The position numbers and the translations under genes are program-made. The notes beneath the pieces were generated by a model, which worked only from the letters and a program-made list of their open reading frames with translations, did not search any database and was not told the DNA's origin. DNA of 64,000 nt from Clostridia bacterium. GTDB taxonomy: Bacteria; Bacillota; Clostridia; Oscillospirales; CAG-272. This document shows positions 1-16,815 of this stretch, one piece after another. The stretch spans positions 7,169 through 71,168 of the forward strand of contig JAFULR010000016.1 in NCBI GenBank assembly GCA_017483195.1, given 5' to 3'. Each line of letters starts with the position of its first letter. The stretch's first letter is position 1.

Positions 1-123
1 TTCTCGTCCATACATTAGATATAATAACACATCCAAAGAAAAAATGCAATAGCTTTTTCAAAAAAAGTTTTAAAAAAATTGCAAAAAAATTAATAAAACA
101 TCAAAATAATTCCAAAAAAGCCC

Positions 124-152
124 TTGACAACCACGGGTCAATGTGATAAAAT
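124..152 (+). promoter_or_regulatory. sigmaA promoter of rpoBC
   Basis: TTGACA(124-129)-17 bp-TAAAAT(147-152), with an A-rich UP region. Confidence 0.75.
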
Positions 153-314
153 AGTAAACTGCAATATAATTGCTAACTGTGTCCTTTTTGGACCGCTGAT
201 ATGAGCGAAAAACGGCGCCTATATATTATATAAGGTACAAACGGCGGTTGGCAAAACGCCGAGGAATAGTTCGTTTCTCGGTGGCGAATATTTTTGAATG
301 GAGTGATTATATCA

Positions 315-3300
315 ATGATCAACATCAGAGAACACAAACAGGGTAAAACCACAAGAATGAGCTTCTCTAAGAACAGAAGCACGCTTCCTCTTCCCAATCT
401 CGTTGAGATACAGACAGCGTCCTTCAAGTGGTTCCTTGAGGAGGGACTTGCAGAGGTCCTTCGCGACGTTTCCCCCATTACAGACTTTTCGGGCAATTTG
501 TCCATTGAGTTCGTTTCATACTCTCTTGACACAAAGCCCAAGTACACCGTTGAGGAGTGCAAGGAGAGAGATGTAAACTATGCAGCTCCCTTGAAGGTTA
601 ACGTGCGTCTTACCAATAAGCAGACAGGTGAGGTAAAGCAGTCTGACATATTTATGGGCGAACTCCCGATTATGACGGAAACAGGTACTTTCGTAATCAA
701 CGGAGCTGAGCGTGTAATCGTTTCCCAGATTATCCGTTCTCCCGGTATGTACTACTCTTCCGAGATCGATAAGTCCGGTAAGAGAATGTATGCATCCACG
801 GTTATTCCTTACCGCGGTGCTTGGCTTGAATACGAAACCGACATCAATAATATAGTTTGGGTACGCATTGATAAGAACAGAAAGGTTCCGATCACAATGC
901 TTATCAGAGCTCTTGGCGTTGTTCCCACTGAGGAGACCGACGAAAAGGGCAAGGTGGTTGACTACCGTTCCACCATCGAAACAAGAGACGACGTTTATGC
1001 GATCTTCGGCAACGAGGAAATGCTCGCAACAACCTTTGAAAAGGACGAGTGCGAGGAGCTTGCCGCAAGAAACCACACAAGCGCGGGTATCGAGGCACTT
1101 AAGGAGATCTATAAGAGACTCCGTCCCGGTGAGCCTCCGCTCGTAGAAAGCGCATATACTCTTCTTAATAACTACTTCTTCGATGCAAGAAGATACGATA
1201 TCCAGCCCGTTGGTAGATATAAGTTTGACAGAAAGCTCAATATCGCCGACAGAATAGTTAACCACAGACTCGCAGAGGACGTTGTTGCTCCTCTTACGGG
1301 CGAGGTTATTTATGAGAAGGGCGCAGTAATTACAAGAGAGGTTGCAGACGCTATCGCTCATGCGGCTGTCAACACCGTTTCTCTCGAGCTTGACAACGGA
1401 AGCGTTGTTAAGGTATTCTCCAACAACACAATAGAGCCTGAATATATAATCGGAACCGATCTTAAGGATCTCGGTATCAAGGAAAAGGTTAGAACTGACG
1501 TTCTTCTCTCCCTTGTAGAGGAGGCACAGGGCGACGTTGACGCTCTTAAGGAGGCAGTTAAGCTTAATATGGCTAACCTCCGTCCTCTCCACATCACAAG
1601 AGACGATATCTTTGCGTCCATCAACTACTTCCTCGGTCTTACACACGAAATCGGTAAGTACGACGATATCGACCACCTTGGTAACCGCCGTATCCGTTCC
1701 GTGGGCGAGCAGCTTCAGAACCAGATGAGAATCGGCTTCTCCAGAATGGACAAGATCATTAAGGAGAGAATGACAACTCAGGATAATGAAAAGCTTACTC
1801 CTCAGGCGCTTATCAATATCAGACCCATCGTAACCGTAATCAGAGAGTTCTTCGGTTCATCCCAGCTTTCACAGTTCATGGACCAGAATAACCCCCTTGC
1901 GGAGCTTACTCATAAGAGAAGACTTTCCGCTCTCGGTCCCGGCGGTCTTTCCCGTGACAGAGCATCCTTCGACGTCCGTGACGTTCACTATACTCACTAC
2001 GGCAGAATGTGTCCCATTGAGACACCCGAAGGTCCTAACATCGGTCTTATCTCCTATCTTACAACGTATGCTAAGATCAGTGAGTACGGCTTTATCATGG
2101 CTCCTTACCGCAAGGTTAAGCACATCGTTGATGAAAACGGCACAGTTAAGCATATGGTAACCGATGAGGTTGAATATATGACTGCTGATACAGAGGATAA
2201 TTACGTAGTAGCTCAGGCAAACGAGCCCCTCGATGAAAACAGCTGCTTTATCAGACCCCGTGTAACGGCTCGTGATAAGACTGAGATCGTTGAGGTTGAC
2301 GTATCCACTGTTGACTTTATGGACGTTGCTCCCAAGATGATGGTTTCCGTAGCTACGGCTTGTATTCCTTTCCTTGAGAACGACGATAACTCCCGTGCGC
2401 TCATGGGATCCAACATGCAGAAGCAGGCAGTTCCGCTTATGGTTACAGACTCTCCCATTGTTGGTACGGGTATGGAATACAACGCGGCTGTTGACTCCGG
2501 TGTAGTAATTACATCCAAGACTGCGGGCGTTGTTGACTACGTTGACGCAGACAAGATCGTTATCGTTTGTGAGGACGGTCATAAGGAAACCTATAATCTC
2601 ATTAAGTTCAAGAGAACTAACCAGGGCACATGCTTCAATCAGCGTCCCATCGTTGAAAGAGGCGAAAAGGTAGAGGCAGGTCAGGTTATCGCTGACGGTC
2701 CCGCTACGGACGCAGGTGAGCTTTCTCTCGGTAAGAATGCGCTTATCGGATTTATGACTTGGGAAGGTTATAACTACGAGGACGCGGTTCTCCTTAATGA
2801 AAAGCTTGTAAGAGACGACGTTTACACGTCTCTTCATATAGAAGAATATACACACGAAGCTCGTGATACTAAGCTTGGTCCGGAGGAGATCACAAGAGAG
2901 ATCCCCAACGTTGGTGACGACGCACTTAAGGATCTTAATGCAGAAGGTATCGTTAAGAAGGGAACCGAGGTTCGTGCAGGTGATATCCTTGTAGGTAAGA
3001 TCACACCCAAGGGTGAAACAGAGCTTACAAGTGAAGAAAGACTTCTCCGTGCCATCTTCGGTGAGAAGGCAAGAGAAGTTAGAGATACGTCCCTCCGTGT
3101 ACCTCACGGTGAAAGCGGTATCGTAGTTGACGTTAAGGTGTTCTCACACGAAAACGGCGACGAGCTTCCCGCAGGCGTAAACAAGAGCGTAAGAATTTAT
3201 CTTGCGCAAAAGAGAAAGATCTCCGTTGGTGATAAGATGGCGGGTCGTCACGGTAACAAGGGTGTCGTTTCACGCATCCTTCCTCCTGAGGATATGCCCT

Positions 3301-4286
3301 TCCTTCCCGACGGTACACCCCTTGACATCGTTCTTAACCCCCTGGGCGTTCCTTCACGTATGAATATCGGTCAGGTGCTTGAGGTACATCTTGGTATTGC
3401 CGCAAGAAAGCTTGGCTGGAAGATTATGACTCCCGTATTCGACGGTGCAAACGAAAGAGATATCGTTGAGTGCCTTGAGGCAGCAGGTCTTTACCGTGAG
3501 ATCCGTGCAGGTGAAAACGTAATGGGTAAGGAGCTTATCTGCCTTACTGAGGACGAGAACGGCGAAAAGCATATCGAAAAGCTTACTGACGAGCAGAAGT
3601 CCGATAAGGAATATGTTGCTAAGCTTCTCGAAGAGAATAAGCTCAGAGTTGTTGACGGTAAGACAACACTTTACGACGGTAGAACGGGCGAGCCCTTCGA
3701 TAACCCCGTAACGGTTGGTATTATGTACTACCTCAAGCTCCATCACCTTGTTGACGATAAGATCCACGCAAGAAGCAACGGTCCTTACTCTCTCGTAACA
3801 CAGCAGCCCCTCGGCGGTAAAGCGCAGTTCGGCGGACAGCGTTTCGGTGAGATGGAGGTTTGGGCACTTGAGGCGTACGGCGCAGCTTACACTCTTCAGG
3901 AAATTCTTACAGTTAAGTCCGACGATATCAACGGACGCCGCAAGGCTTACGAGGCTATCATCAAGGGACAGAATATACCCACTCCCGGAGTTCCCGAGTC
4001 CTTCAAGGTTCTTGTTAAGGAGCTTCAGTCACTTGCTCTTGATATCCGTGTTCTTGACGAGGACGGTAACGAGATCGAGTTGAATACACTTTGCGCTGAG
4101 GAGGAAACACCCGTTTACTCCACAAGAGCATTCGATCCTAAGTCCGAGGACGAGGATTTTGAGCAGTACGTTGAGACCGATGACGTTTCTGATAATTTCA
4201 TTATCGAAAACGCAGACGATGAAGAAGACGATATGTTTGGCGACGTTTACGAGGACGAGTTCTCGGACTACGCCGATGAAGATTAA
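315..4286 (+). CDS. rpoB: DNA-directed RNA polymerase subunit beta
   Basis: Motifs [56 protein letters not shown]; start placed at ATG 315 after GGAGTG. Confidence 0.99.
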   Translation: MINIREHKQGKTTRMSFSKNRSTLPLPNLVEIQTASFKWFLEEGLAEVLRDVSPITDFSGNLSIEFVSYSLDTKPKYTVEECKERDVNYAAPLKVNVRLTNKQTGEVKQSDIFMGELPIMTETGTFVINGAERVIVSQIIRSPGMYYSSEIDKSGKRMYASTVIPYRGAWLEYETDINNIVWVRIDKNRKVPITMLIRALGVVPTEETDEKGKVVDYRSTIETRDDVYAIFGNEEMLATTFEKDECEELAARNHTSAGIEALKEIYKRLRPGEPPLVESAYTLLNNYFFDARRYDIQPVGRYKFDRKLNIADRIVNHRLAEDVVAPLTGEVIYEKGAVITREVADAIAHAAVNTVSLELDNGSVVKVFSNNTIEPEYIIGTDLKDLGIKEKVRTDVLLSLVEEAQGDVDALKEAVKLNMANLRPLHITRDDIFASINYFLGLTHEIGKYDDIDHLGNRRIRSVGEQLQNQMRIGFSRMDKIIKERMTTQDNEKLTPQALINIRPIVTVIREFFGSSQLSQFMDQNNPLAELTHKRRLSALGPGGLSRDRASFDVRDVHYTHYGRMCPIETPEGPNIGLISYLTTYAKISEYGFIMAPYRKVKHIVDENGTVKHMVTDEVEYMTADTEDNYVVAQANEPLDENSCFIRPRVTARDKTEIVEVDVSTVDFMDVAPKMMVSVATACIPFLENDDNSRALMGSNMQKQAVPLMVTDSPIVGTGMEYNAAVDSGVVITSKTAGVVDYVDADKIVIVCEDGHKETYNLIKFKRTNQGTCFNQRPIVERGEKVEAGQVIADGPATDAGELSLGKNALIGFMTWEGYNYEDAVLLNEKLVRDDVYTSLHIEEYTHEARDTKLGPEEITREIPNVGDDALKDLNAEGIVKKGTEVRAGDILVGKITPKGETELTSEERLLRAIFGEKAREVRDTSLRVPHGESGIVVDVKVFSHENGDELPAGVNKSVRIYLAQKRKISVGDKMAGRHGNKGVVSRILPPEDMPFLPDGTPLDIVLNPLGVPSRMNIGQVLEVHLGIAARKLGWKIMTPVFDGANERDIVECLEAAGLYREIRAGENVMGKELICLTEDENGEKHIEKLTDEQKSDKEYVAKLLEENKLRVVDGKTTLYDGRTGEPFDNPVTVGIMYYLKLHHLVDDKIHARSNGPYSLVTQQPLGGKAQFGGQRFGEMEVWALEAYGAAYTLQEILTVKSDDINGRRKAYEAIIKGQNIPTPGVPESFKVLVKELQSLALDIRVLDEDGNEIELNTLCAEEETPVYSTRAFDPKSEDEDFEQYVETDDVSDNFIIENADDEEDDMFGDVYEDEFSDYADED

Positions 4287-4308
4287 TTAAGGGAAAGGAG
4301 ATTAACAA

Positions 4309-7857
<3,549 letters not shown>

Positions 7858-7862
7858 GCTTT

Positions 7863-7893
7863 AGTCCCCCGATACCGAGTATTGGGGGACTTT
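7863..7893 (+). terminator. Probable intrinsic terminator after rpoC
   Basis: AGTCCCCC...GGGGGACT hairpin with a short T tail. Confidence 0.6.
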
Positions 7894-8054
7894 GAATGTT
7901 TTGAAGAATGCTACATTATTATATACATACGCTTGCGAAGAAGAGAAGCTCTTGGAAAAATTCCGCTCAAATTTATCTAAATTGCACAAAAAACCAAATT
8001 AATTATTGTATATATGGTGTAAAATGCTAAAAAATACGAAAAATTTAAATTTTC

Positions 8055-8083
8055 TTGACAAAACGGCTATTTAGTGCTATAAT
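8055..8083 (+). promoter_or_regulatory. sigmaA promoter of the str operon
   Basis: TTGACA-17 bp-TATAAT with extended -10 TG. Confidence 0.85.
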
Positions 8084-8217
8084 AAACTGTAATTGTTTGT
8101 AAACTCGGAGTAATAGGAAGCCTTATTAATCCAAGGTTTACGGCGATTTTATGTGACAGCATCACAGCCATGGCTGTGTCTGTATAAACATTAAATTTTT
8201 GAAGAAGGAGGAAGAAA

Positions 8218-8634
8218 ATGCCAACCTTTAACCAGCTTGTAAGACAGGGACGTAGTGAGAAGGTTTATAAGTCCAAAGCACCTGTGCTTCAGAAGGGCTT
8301 TAACACACTTCACAATGAGCCTACCGATCAGCACGCACCTCAGAAAAGAGGAGTTTGCACAAAGGTATCTACAACAACACCCAAGAAGCCTAACTCAGCT
8401 CTTCGTAAGATCGCAAGAGTAAGACTTACAAACGGTCTTGAAGTAACAACCTATATTCCCGGTATCGGCCACAACTTGCAGGAGCACTCCGTAGTACTCA
8501 TTCGAGGCGGAAGAGTTCGTGACCTGCCCGGTGTACGTTACCACATCATCCGCGGTACGCTTGACGCTCAGGGCGTAGCAAACCGTAACCAGAGCCGTTC
8601 TAAATACGGTGCAAAGAGACCTAAGAAGAAATAA
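8218..8634 (+). CDS. rpsL: 30S ribosomal protein S12
   Basis: [32 protein letters not shown]. Confidence 0.99.
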   Translation: MPTFNQLVRQGRSEKVYKSKAPVLQKGFNTLHNEPTDQHAPQKRGVCTKVSTTTPKKPNSALRKIARVRLTNGLEVTTYIPGIGHNLQEHSVVLIRGGRVRDLPGVRYHIIRGTLDAQGVANRNQSRSKYGAKRPKKK

Positions 8635-8708
8635 TCGGTCTCCACAATTTAAGGGTATAAAGCAAAATATTCGCTCGTCTGAAAGAGCTGCATAAATTTA
8701 ATGTTTAA

Positions 8709-9263
<555 letters not shown>

Positions 9264-9281
9264 TTTTAAAGGAGACTTACA

Positions 9282-11402
9282 ATGCCAAGAGATTATTCGC
9301 TTGAAAAGACAAGAAATATTGGTATTATGGCGCATATCGACGCCGGCAAGACAACGACAACAGAGCGTATCTTGTTCTACACTGGTAAGACTCATAAAAT
9401 CGGTGAAACACACGAAGGTTCTGCAACAATGGACTGGATGGCACAGGAGCAGGAGAGAGGTATTACGATCACTTCTGCCGCTACCACATGTTATTGGGCA
9501 AAATCCGAGTATCACGATGATCCTGCCGCAACGAAGGCAAATACTCATCGTATAAACATTATCGATACCCCCGGACACGTTGACTTCACAGTTGAGGTTG
9601 AGCGTTCCCTCAGAGTACTTGACGGTGCAGTTACAGTACTTTGTGCAAAGGGCGGTGTTGAGCCTCAGTCTGAGACCGTATGGCGTCAGGCTGACAAGTA
9701 CAAAGTTCCCCGTATGTGCTATGTAAACAAGATGGACATCAACGGTGCGAACTTCTATCGCGTTGTTCAGATGATTAAAGACAGACTTCATGCACCCGCA
9801 GTTCCGATTCAGCTCCCCATTGGCGCTGAAATGGACTTCAAGGGCGTTATCGACCTTATGGAGATGAAGGCTGAGGTTTATTACGATGAACAGGGCAAGG
9901 ATATGAGAACAGAAGAAATTCCTGCAGATATGCTTGATAAGGCGCAGGAATATCATAATGCAATGGTTGAATCCATTTGCGAAACTGACGAAGAATTGTT
10001 CGAAAGATACTGCATGGAAGAGGAAATCTCCATTGAAGAACTTAAGGCAGCTCTTCGTAAGGCAACGATCGACAATAAGATCGTTCCCGTAGTTTGCGGT
10101 ACTTCTTACAGAAATAAGGGTGTTCAGAAGCTTCTCGATGCTATCGTTGACTATATGCCTTCTCCCCTTGACATTCCTTCTATCAAGGGTGTTAACCCCG
10201 ATACAGAGGAAGAGGAAGATAGACCCGCAGGCGATGAGAATCCTTTCTCCGCTCTCGCATTCAAGATCATGACAGACCCCTACGTTGGTAAGCTCTGCTT
10301 CTTCCGTGTTTACTCCGGTATGGTAAATGCAGGTACTAACGTATATAACTCATCCAAGAATAAGTACGAGAGATTCGGACGCGTTCTTCAGATGCATGCT
10401 AACGAGCGTAAAGACATCGACGCTTGCTACAGCGGTGACATCGCGGCAGTTGTATCTACAAAATATACAACAACCGGTGATACATTCTGTGATCCCAAGA
10501 AGCCCATTATTCTTGAGTCCATGGAATTCCCCGAGCCCGTTATCTCCGTTGCTATCGAGCCCAAGACCCGCGCAGGTCAGGAAAAGATGGGTATCGCTCT
10601 TGCAAAGCTTGCAGAGGAAGACCCCACGTTCCGCACTTACACTGATGAAGAAACAGGACAGACAATTATCGCAGGTATGGGTGAGCTTCACCTTGAGATC
10701 ATTGTTGACCGTTTGCTTCGTGAGTTTAAGGTAGAAGCTAACATCGGTGCTCCTCAGGTTGCGTATAAGGAAACAATCCGTAAGAAGGTTGACCACGAAA
10801 CCAAGTATAAGAAGCAGTCCGGTGGTTCCGGTCAGTACGGTCACGTTAAGATCATACTTGAGCCCAACGAGCCCGGCGCTGGTTATGAATTCGTTAACTC
10901 CGTTACCGGCGGTGCTATTCCTAAGGAATATATCGAGCCCGTTAATCAGGGTATCCAGGGCGCTATGCAGAACGGTGTTCTTGCAGGCTACAACGTAGTT
11001 GACGTTAAGGTTACACTTTATGATGGTTCTTACCACGAGGTTGACTCCTCTGAAATGGCGTTCAAGATCACAGGTTCTATGGCATTCAAGGAAGCTATGA
11101 GACTTGCAGAGCCTGTTCTTACAGAGCCCATCGTTAAGGTTGTTACAATCACTCCCGACGATTATCTCGGTGATATCATCGGTGACGTAAACTCCCGCCG
11201 TGGACAGATTCAGTCCATGGAGGCTAACAACGGTGTAACAGAGCTTACAAGCTTCGTTCCCCTTTCCGAAATGTTCGGATACGCAACAGACCTTCGTTCC
11301 AAGAGCCAGGGTCGTGCGCAGTACTCAATGGAACCCAGTCACTTTGCACAGGTGCCTAAGTCCATTCAGGATGGTATTATTACTTCTCGTACTAAGAAGT
11401 AA
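9282..11402 (+). CDS. fusA: Elongation factor G
   Basis: [41 protein letters not shown]. Confidence 0.99.
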   Translation: MPRDYSLEKTRNIGIMAHIDAGKTTTTERILFYTGKTHKIGETHEGSATMDWMAQEQERGITITSAATTCYWAKSEYHDDPAATKANTHRINIIDTPGHVDFTVEVERSLRVLDGAVTVLCAKGGVEPQSETVWRQADKYKVPRMCYVNKMDINGANFYRVVQMIKDRLHAPAVPIQLPIGAEMDFKGVIDLMEMKAEVYYDEQGKDMRTEEIPADMLDKAQEYHNAMVESICETDEELFERYCMEEEISIEELKAALRKATIDNKIVPVVCGTSYRNKGVQKLLDAIVDYMPSPLDIPSIKGVNPDTEEEEDRPAGDENPFSALAFKIMTDPYVGKLCFFRVYSGMVNAGTNVYNSSKNKYERFGRVLQMHANERKDIDACYSGDIAAVVSTKYTTTGDTFCDPKKPIILESMEFPEPVISVAIEPKTRAGQEKMGIALAKLAEEDPTFRTYTDEETGQTIIAGMGELHLEIIVDRLLREFKVEANIGAPQVAYKETIRKKVDHETKYKKQSGGSGQYGHVKIILEPNEPGAGYEFVNSVTGGAIPKEYIEPVNQGIQGAMQNGVLAGYNVVDVKVTLYDGSYHEVDSSEMAFKITGSMAFKEAMRLAEPVLTEPIVKVVTITPDDYLGDIIGDVNSRRGQIQSMEANNGVTELTSFVPLSEMFGYATDLRSKSQGRAQYSMEPSHFAQVPKSIQDGIITSRTKK

Positions 11403-11457
11403 GATATAAACAAAAAAATAAAAAACATTTATTAATTAATAATGGAGGATTTTCAAA

Positions 11458-12660
11458 ATGGCAAAGCAAACATTTGAACGTACAAAACCCCACGTTAACA
11501 TTGGTACAATCGGTCACGTTGACCACGGTAAGACAACTCTTACAGCTGCTATCACAAAAACACTCTCTATCCTTAACGGTTCTGAGTTCCTTGATTACAG
11601 CCAGATCGACAACTGCCCCGAGGAAAGAGCTCGTGGTATCACAATCAACTCCCGTCACGTTGAGTACGAGACAAACAACCGTCACTACGCTCACGTTGAC
11701 TGCCCCGGACACGCAGACTACGTTAAGAACATGATCACAGGTGCTGCTCAGATGGACGGCGCTATCCTCGTTGTTGCAGGTACAGACGGCCCTCTCGCTC
11801 AGACAAGAGAGCACGTACTTCTTGCTCGTCAGGTAGGCGTTCCCGCACTTGTAGTATTTATGAACAAGACAGACCTCGTTGACGACGACGAGCTTCTTGA
11901 CCTTGTTGAGATGGAGATCAGAGATCTTCTTTCTTCCTACGAATTCCCCGGTGATGATATCCCCGTAATTCGTGGTTCCGCTCGTAACGCTCTTGAGTCT
12001 ACTTCTACAGACCTCAGCGCTCCCGAGTTCGCTTGCATTCTTGAGCTCATGGATGCAGTTGACAGCTACATTCCTACTCCCGAGCGTCAGGCAGACCTTC
12101 CATTCCTTATGCCCGTTGAGGACGTATTCTCCATCTCCGGCCGTGGTACAGTTGCTACAGGTAGAGTAGAGAGAGGTACAGTTAAGGTTGGTGACGTTGT
12201 AGAAGTAGTTGGTCTTTCCGACGAAAAGAGAAGCACAACCGTTACAGGTGTTGAGATGTTCCACAAGCTCCTTCCTCAGGCTGAGGCTGGTGACAACATC
12301 GGTGCTCTTCTTCGTGGTATCGCTAAGGACGAGATCGAAAGAGGTCAGGTTCTTGCTAAGCCCGGCTCCGTTCATCCTCACACAAAGTTCGTAGGTCACG
12401 TTTACGTACTTACTGAAAAAGAGGGTGGTCGTTCCAAGCCCTTCTTCGCAGGCTACAGACCCCAGTTCTACTTCAGAACAACTGACGTTACAGGTACAAT
12501 CCAGCTTCCCGCAGGCGTTGAGATGTGCCGCCCCGGCGATAACGTTGATATGACAGTTGAGCTTATCACACCTATCGCTTGTGAGCAGGGTCTTCGTTTC
12601 GCTATCCGTGAGGGTGGTAGAACAGTAGGTTCCGGCGTCGTTTCCGAAATTCTTGAATAA
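11458..12660 (+). CDS. tuf: Elongation factor Tu
   Basis: [42 protein letters not shown]. Confidence 0.99.
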   Translation: MAKQTFERTKPHVNIGTIGHVDHGKTTLTAAITKTLSILNGSEFLDYSQIDNCPEERARGITINSRHVEYETNNRHYAHVDCPGHADYVKNMITGAAQMDGAILVVAGTDGPLAQTREHVLLARQVGVPALVVFMNKTDLVDDDELLDLVEMEIRDLLSSYEFPGDDIPVIRGSARNALESTSTDLSAPEFACILELMDAVDSYIPTPERQADLPFLMPVEDVFSISGRGTVATGRVERGTVKVGDVVEVVGLSDEKRSTTVTGVEMFHKLLPQAEAGDNIGALLRGIAKDEIERGQVLAKPGSVHPHTKFVGHVYVLTEKEGGRSKPFFAGYRPQFYFRTTDVTGTIQLPAGVEMCRPGDNVDMTVELITPIACEQGLRFAIREGGRTVGSGVVSEILE

Positions 12661-12693
12661 TTTAATTATTTAGAATAATCTTAACGATAAATG

Positions 12694-12730
12694 AGGGCTG
12701 CTGCATTAGTGCAGCAGCCCCTACTTTTTT
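12694..12730 (+). terminator. Intrinsic terminator after tuf
   Basis: GGGCTGCTGCA-ttag-TGCAGCAGCCC followed by a T-run. Confidence 0.8.
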
Positions 12731-12894
12731 CGAGAAAAAAGTAGGCAAAAAAGCTTTAATCAGCTTCGCGCAATACCAAAAAAGTTAGTGCGAACAAATT
12801 GGACTTAATATCACTTTAATAAGAGGTAACAAAAACCTTTTTACAGAGCTTCGCGCAATATCCATATAGCTTGTGCGAGCATATAATATTACTA

Positions 12895-13013
12895 ATATCT
12901 TTGGGGATTGGTGAAATTCCATACCGACAGTTAAAGTCTGTGAACTCTTGAAGATCAAGAGCCGAGTGGGTGAAATTCCTGCACCGACGGTAAAGTCCGG
13001 ATGAGAAAAGATA
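12895..13013 (+). ncRNA. FMN riboswitch (RFN element)
   Basis: ATCTT.GGG..GGTGAAATTCC..ACCG...AAAGTC...GGTGAAATTCC..CCGACGGTAAAGTCCGGATGAGAAAAGAT matches the RFN consensus; lies upstream of an ECF S component; terminator-like hairpin at about 13044-13072. Confidence 0.92.
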
Positions 13014-13113
13014 AAATATCAGGATGGGCGCAGTCCATCCAATCCCCGACAGCTTTGTTTGTCGGATTTTTTTATCTTTCCTCTTAAATTCTATTTTAAG
13101 AAGGAGAAAATCT

Positions 13114-13806
13114 ATGAAAGCAACACAGAACAACTCACAAAGAGTTAAAAAAATAACTATAATCGCGCTTTTCTGCGCAATGTCCTTTATTATTTCGGTA
13201 ATACTGCCTATTAAGGTAATGTTTCTTACACTTGATTTCAAGGACACAATTTCAGCAATCTGCGGAATGTTTTTCGGTCCTGCCGCGGGACTGTTCTGCG
13301 CCGTTGTCGTCCCCTTTATCGAATTTTTGTATTCCGATACGGGAGTTTACGGTCTGATTATGAATTTGTTGAGCTCGATCGCCTTCGTTGGTGTATCGAC
13401 ACTCATTTATAAGTATAAAAAGAGTATTTGGGGAGCTGTAGCGGGACTTGTTTCCGGCGCGTGCGTAACGGTTGCCGTAATGCTCGTTGCAAATCTTTTC
13501 GTAACTCCTTACTATATGGGAGTAACGCAGGAGGCGGTTATCGAGCTCATTCCCAAGGTGATCTTTCCGTTCAATCTGGTAAAATCCATACTGAATGCAA
13601 GTATCACCATGCTCATATATAAGCCCGTTTCCAAGGTGCTTAAAAGAATGGGAGTATCCAAAAATAATTCCGTATCTGTCAATAGCGACGGAGCAGTTCT
13701 CACGCAGAACAAAACTCGCTCGCTTGCCGTGGCATTGGTTAGTGCGGTAGTGATGATATTAGCATTTTTAGTGCTGTTTTTCGTGCTTGGCGGTAAGCTT
13801 GCATAA
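13114..13806 (+). CDS. ribU: ECF transporter S component, probably riboflavin-specific
   Basis: Hydrophobic protein with FLTLDF.D and FGP..G motifs and PFNLVK; FMN riboswitch upstream; ATG 13114 follows AAGGAG. Confidence 0.85.
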   Translation: MKATQNNSQRVKKITIIALFCAMSFIISVILPIKVMFLTLDFKDTISAICGMFFGPAAGLFCAVVVPFIEFLYSDTGVYGLIMNLLSSIAFVGVSTLIYKYKKSIWGAVAGLVSGACVTVAVMLVANLFVTPYYMGVTQEAVIELIPKVIFPFNLVKSILNASITMLIYKPVSKVLKRMGVSKNNSVSVNSDGAVLTQNKTRSLAVALVSAVVMILAFLVLFFVLGGKLA

Positions 13807-13869
13807 ATCGTAGAATAATACAACAAAAAATACATAAACACAATAAAAATACAGAAGGGAAGTGTTGAA

Positions 13870-14373
13870 ATGGGCGAGATAATTAAAGAATTTTTTCTTG
13901 AAATCGTAGGAAAAGAGCTTTGCGTTTTCTTCTGTTCCATGCTTCCTGTAATCGAGCTCAGAGGCGCCATACCCATGGCATTTGCTCTCGGACTTCCTTG
14001 GTGGCAGGCGTATCTTATTTCTGTGCTTGGAAATCTGCTACCCGTTCCGTTTATCCTTCTTTTGATAAACCTTGTTATCAAATGGATGTCATCGTCAAAA
14101 GTCACCTTTTTCAATAAAATAGCGAACTTTTTGCTCAAAAAGGTAGAAAAAAATCGCGAAAGAATTGAAAAATACTCATTTTGGGGACTCTTTCTTTTCG
14201 TGGCGATCCCACTTCCTATGACGGGTGCGTGGACGGGCTCGCTTGTTGCCGCGGTTGTCGGAGTAAAGCCGCTAAAGGCATTTTTGTCGGTGCTGCTCGG
14301 CGTTTTACTCGCTGGCGTTATCGTTACTTTGATTGTATATGGCGGAATAGGATTTCTTGCTTGGTTACTGTAA
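13870..14373 (+). CDS. Small multi-drug export family membrane protein
   Basis: SMLPVIELRGAIP, GNLLPVPFI, LFVAIPLPMTGAWTG. Confidence 0.85.
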   Translation: MGEIIKEFFLEIVGKELCVFFCSMLPVIELRGAIPMAFALGLPWWQAYLISVLGNLLPVPFILLLINLVIKWMSSSKVTFFNKIANFLLKKVEKNRERIEKYSFWGLFLFVAIPLPMTGAWTGSLVAAVVGVKPLKAFLSVLLGVLLAGVIVTLIVYGGIGFLAWLL

Positions 14374-14398
14374 TTTAATTGTTTTGTGAGTGTGAAAT

Positions 14399-15106
14399 AT
14401 GAGAAATAATGACAAATCTGTTCATCATGGGCATAGAAAAAGATTAAAGAAGAAATTTGCGGATCTTGGAGGAGGCGCGTTTGATGATCATGAGCTTTTG
14501 GAGCTGCTGCTGTTCTACTCCATTCCAAGGAGTAATACAAATGAGATAGCGCATCGGCTTATGGAGAGATTTGGATCTATCAACAGAATGGCAGAGGCTT
14601 CTTCGGATGAATTAAAGCTTGTTGACGGAATAGGGGATAATTCTGTTGCCTTGCTTCGCTTGGTTCTTATGCTTGCCAAAAGATATGCTAACGAGGAGCG
14701 CAGGGAGGTAAAAAGACTTAATAGTATTGAGGCTATAGTAGATTATGCCAATTTTCATACAATGGGCGCGGTAAGGGAGCTTGTCTATGCAGTTTATATG
14801 GATGAGAACTTAAACGTTATCGATACAAATCTTATAGCCTCGGGTACTGTGAATGAGGTAAGGCCAATGGTAAGAACCGTTCTGGAGTTGTGTATTTTGA
14901 AGCGCTCCACCGCTGTTCTTATTTTCCACAATCATCCAAATGGCGGAGTCGAGCCCTCGCATGACGATATACTTTTTACTAAGCTGATAGAGCGCGAGCT
15001 TAAGATGATTGGCTCCGATCTTGTGGAGCATATCATTGTTGACGGCAAGGATTATTTTGCAGTAAAAAACCATATAAAGAATACAAATTGGTGTCAATCG
15101 CATTAA
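14399..15106 (+). CDS. radC: RadC family JAB-domain protein
   Basis: GHRKRLK, ELLELLL, HhH VDGIG, JAB motif HNHPNG...PS..D...EHIIV. Confidence 0.93.
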   Translation: MRNNDKSVHHGHRKRLKKKFADLGGGAFDDHELLELLLFYSIPRSNTNEIAHRLMERFGSINRMAEASSDELKLVDGIGDNSVALLRLVLMLAKRYANEERREVKRLNSIEAIVDYANFHTMGAVRELVYAVYMDENLNVIDTNLIASGTVNEVRPMVRTVLELCILKRSTAVLIFHNHPNGGVEPSHDDILFTKLIERELKMIGSDLVEHIIVDGKDYFAVKNHIKNTNWCQSH

Positions 15107-15133
15107 AAAGCGGACAATTTTGTCCGCTTTTTC
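15106..15133. terminator. Bidirectional terminator after radC
   Basis: AAAAAGCGGACA-attt-TGTCCGCTTTTT. Confidence 0.75.
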
Positions 15134-15162
15134 TTATTTAATAAGAATTTTTTAAAAAGGTA

Positions 15163-15191
15163 TTGCAAAAATCGATAATATGTGATATAAT
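15163..15191 (+). promoter_or_regulatory. sigmaA promoter of metK
   Basis: TTGCAA-17 bp-TATAAT with TG extension. Confidence 0.75.
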
Positions 15192-15235
15192 GACAAAGTT
15201 AAAAATTTAAAAGATATATGCCAAGATCATATATG

Positions 15236-15357
15236 ACTTATCCAGAGTGGCGGAGGGACGTGCCCTATGAAACCACAGCAACCTACCGATAATGCGGCAA
15301 GGTGCTAATTCCCGAGAGATGAGGTTATTCTGTGCCCTCGCTCTGCGAGGCTTTTTT
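15236..15357 (+). ncRNA. SAM-I (S-box) riboswitch with terminator
   Basis: CTTATCCAGAG.GG.GGAGGGAC..GCCCTATGAAACC..GCAACC...GGTGCTAATTCC...GATGAG, then a CCTCGC/GCGAGG hairpin with a T-run; upstream of metK; P4 is very short. Confidence 0.92.
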
Positions 15358-15414
15358 AGTGCTTATTTTTTCGGTTTATATTGGTCTTAGCAGAAAAAGA
15401 AAGGAATTTAAAAA

Positions 15415-16599
15415 ATGAAAAAGGTACTTTTTACTTCTGAATCCGTTACAGAAGGACATCCCGACAAAATTTGTGATAAGATTTCCGATGCGGTGCTTGA
15501 CGCGCTTCTCGCTCAGGACCCATACAGCCGTGTAGCGTGTGAGACCTGCTGCACAACGGGTCTTGTAATGATAATGGGCGAGATCACAACAAAGGCAGTT
15601 ATCGACTATCCCACCATCGTTCGCGAAACAGTTCGCGAGATCGGATATGACAGAGCGAAATACGGCTTTGACTGTGATTCCTGCGCGGTTCTCAGCTCCG
15701 TTCACGAGCAGTCCCCCGACATTGCTCTCGGTGTTGATAAATCCCTTGAGGCAAAGAACGGCGAGATCGTTGACCAGTACGATACGGGTGCGGGCGACCA
15801 GGGACTTATGTTCGGCTATGCTTGTGATGAAACACCCGAGCTTATGCCCCTTCCCATTTCCCTTGCTCACAAGCTCGCGCTTCAGCTTACTAACGTGAGA
15901 AAGAACCACACTCTTGACTATCTCCGTCCCGACGGAAAGACTCAGGTTACTATCGAATACCATGACGATGTTCCCGTAAGAGTTGATACAGTGGTTATTT
16001 CCACTCAGCACAGCGACTCCGTTACACTTGAAACTATCCGCGAGGATCTTATAAATCACGTTATCACTCCTATAATTCCCGCAGAGCTTATGGATGCCCA
16101 AACCAAGATCTATATCAATCCCACAGGACGCTTCGTTGTTGGCGGCCCTGCAGGTGACTCCGGTCTTACGGGAAGAAAGATCATCGTTGATACATACGGC
16201 GGATACTCCCGTCACGGCGGCGGCGCATTCTCCGGTAAGGACCCCACAAAGGTTGACCGTTCCGCTTGCTATGCTACAAGATATATCGCAAAGAATATCG
16301 TTGCTGCAGGACTTGCTAAGAAGTGCGAGGTTCAGCTTGCATATGCTATCGGTATTGCAAAGCCCGTTTCCGTTATGATCGATACCTTTGGTACGGCAGT
16401 CGTTGACGAGGCTCTTATCTCCGAGGCGGTGCAGAAGCACGTTGACCTTCGTCCCGCAGCTATTATCGACAGATTCCAGCTCCGCAGACCCATCTACAGC
16501 GCAACTGCTGCTTACGGTCATATGGGACGTGAGGATATCAATGCTCCTTGGGAGCAGAGAGATCTTGCGCCCATCCTTCGCGCAGAGCTTTTGAAATAA
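15415..16599 (+). CDS. metK: S-adenosylmethionine synthetase
   Basis: [35 protein letters not shown]. Confidence 0.99.
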   Translation: MKKVLFTSESVTEGHPDKICDKISDAVLDALLAQDPYSRVACETCCTTGLVMIMGEITTKAVIDYPTIVRETVREIGYDRAKYGFDCDSCAVLSSVHEQSPDIALGVDKSLEAKNGEIVDQYDTGAGDQGLMFGYACDETPELMPLPISLAHKLALQLTNVRKNHTLDYLRPDGKTQVTIEYHDDVPVRVDTVVISTQHSDSVTLETIREDLINHVITPIIPAELMDAQTKIYINPTGRFVVGGPAGDSGLTGRKIIVDTYGGYSRHGGGAFSGKDPTKVDRSACYATRYIAKNIVAAGLAKKCEVQLAYAIGIAKPVSVMIDTFGTAVVDEALISEAVQKHVDLRPAAIIDRFQLRRPIYSATAAYGHMGREDINAPWEQRDLAPILRAELLK

Positions 16600-16629
16600 T
16601 TAATACTATGTTCGCACTCGCTTTGCGCT

Positions 16630-16815
16630 GATGTTTTGCCTACTTTTCCAAAAGTAGGCGCGCGCCGCGCAGGCGAATACGCCCGTTTTCTTTTTGTTAG
16701 CTTTTTCTTTTGGGGCTACTTTTCCAAAAGAAAAAGCGGCTAAATGGTTTTGATATTAAAAGTTAGTGGATTTGGACTGTTCTTTTTCGAGAAAAAGAAC
16801 CAAAAAGCTTTTAAT
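16630..16815. repeat. Degenerate palindromic intergenic repeat, related to 12720-12760 and 22735-23045
   Basis: Shared order of motifs CC(T)AC(C)TTTT(C)CAAA(A)G(G)T(A/G)GCG...TTTCTTTTTG...CTTTTTCTTT...AAAGAAAAAG(C/T)GG...TTAGTGG. Confidence 0.55.
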
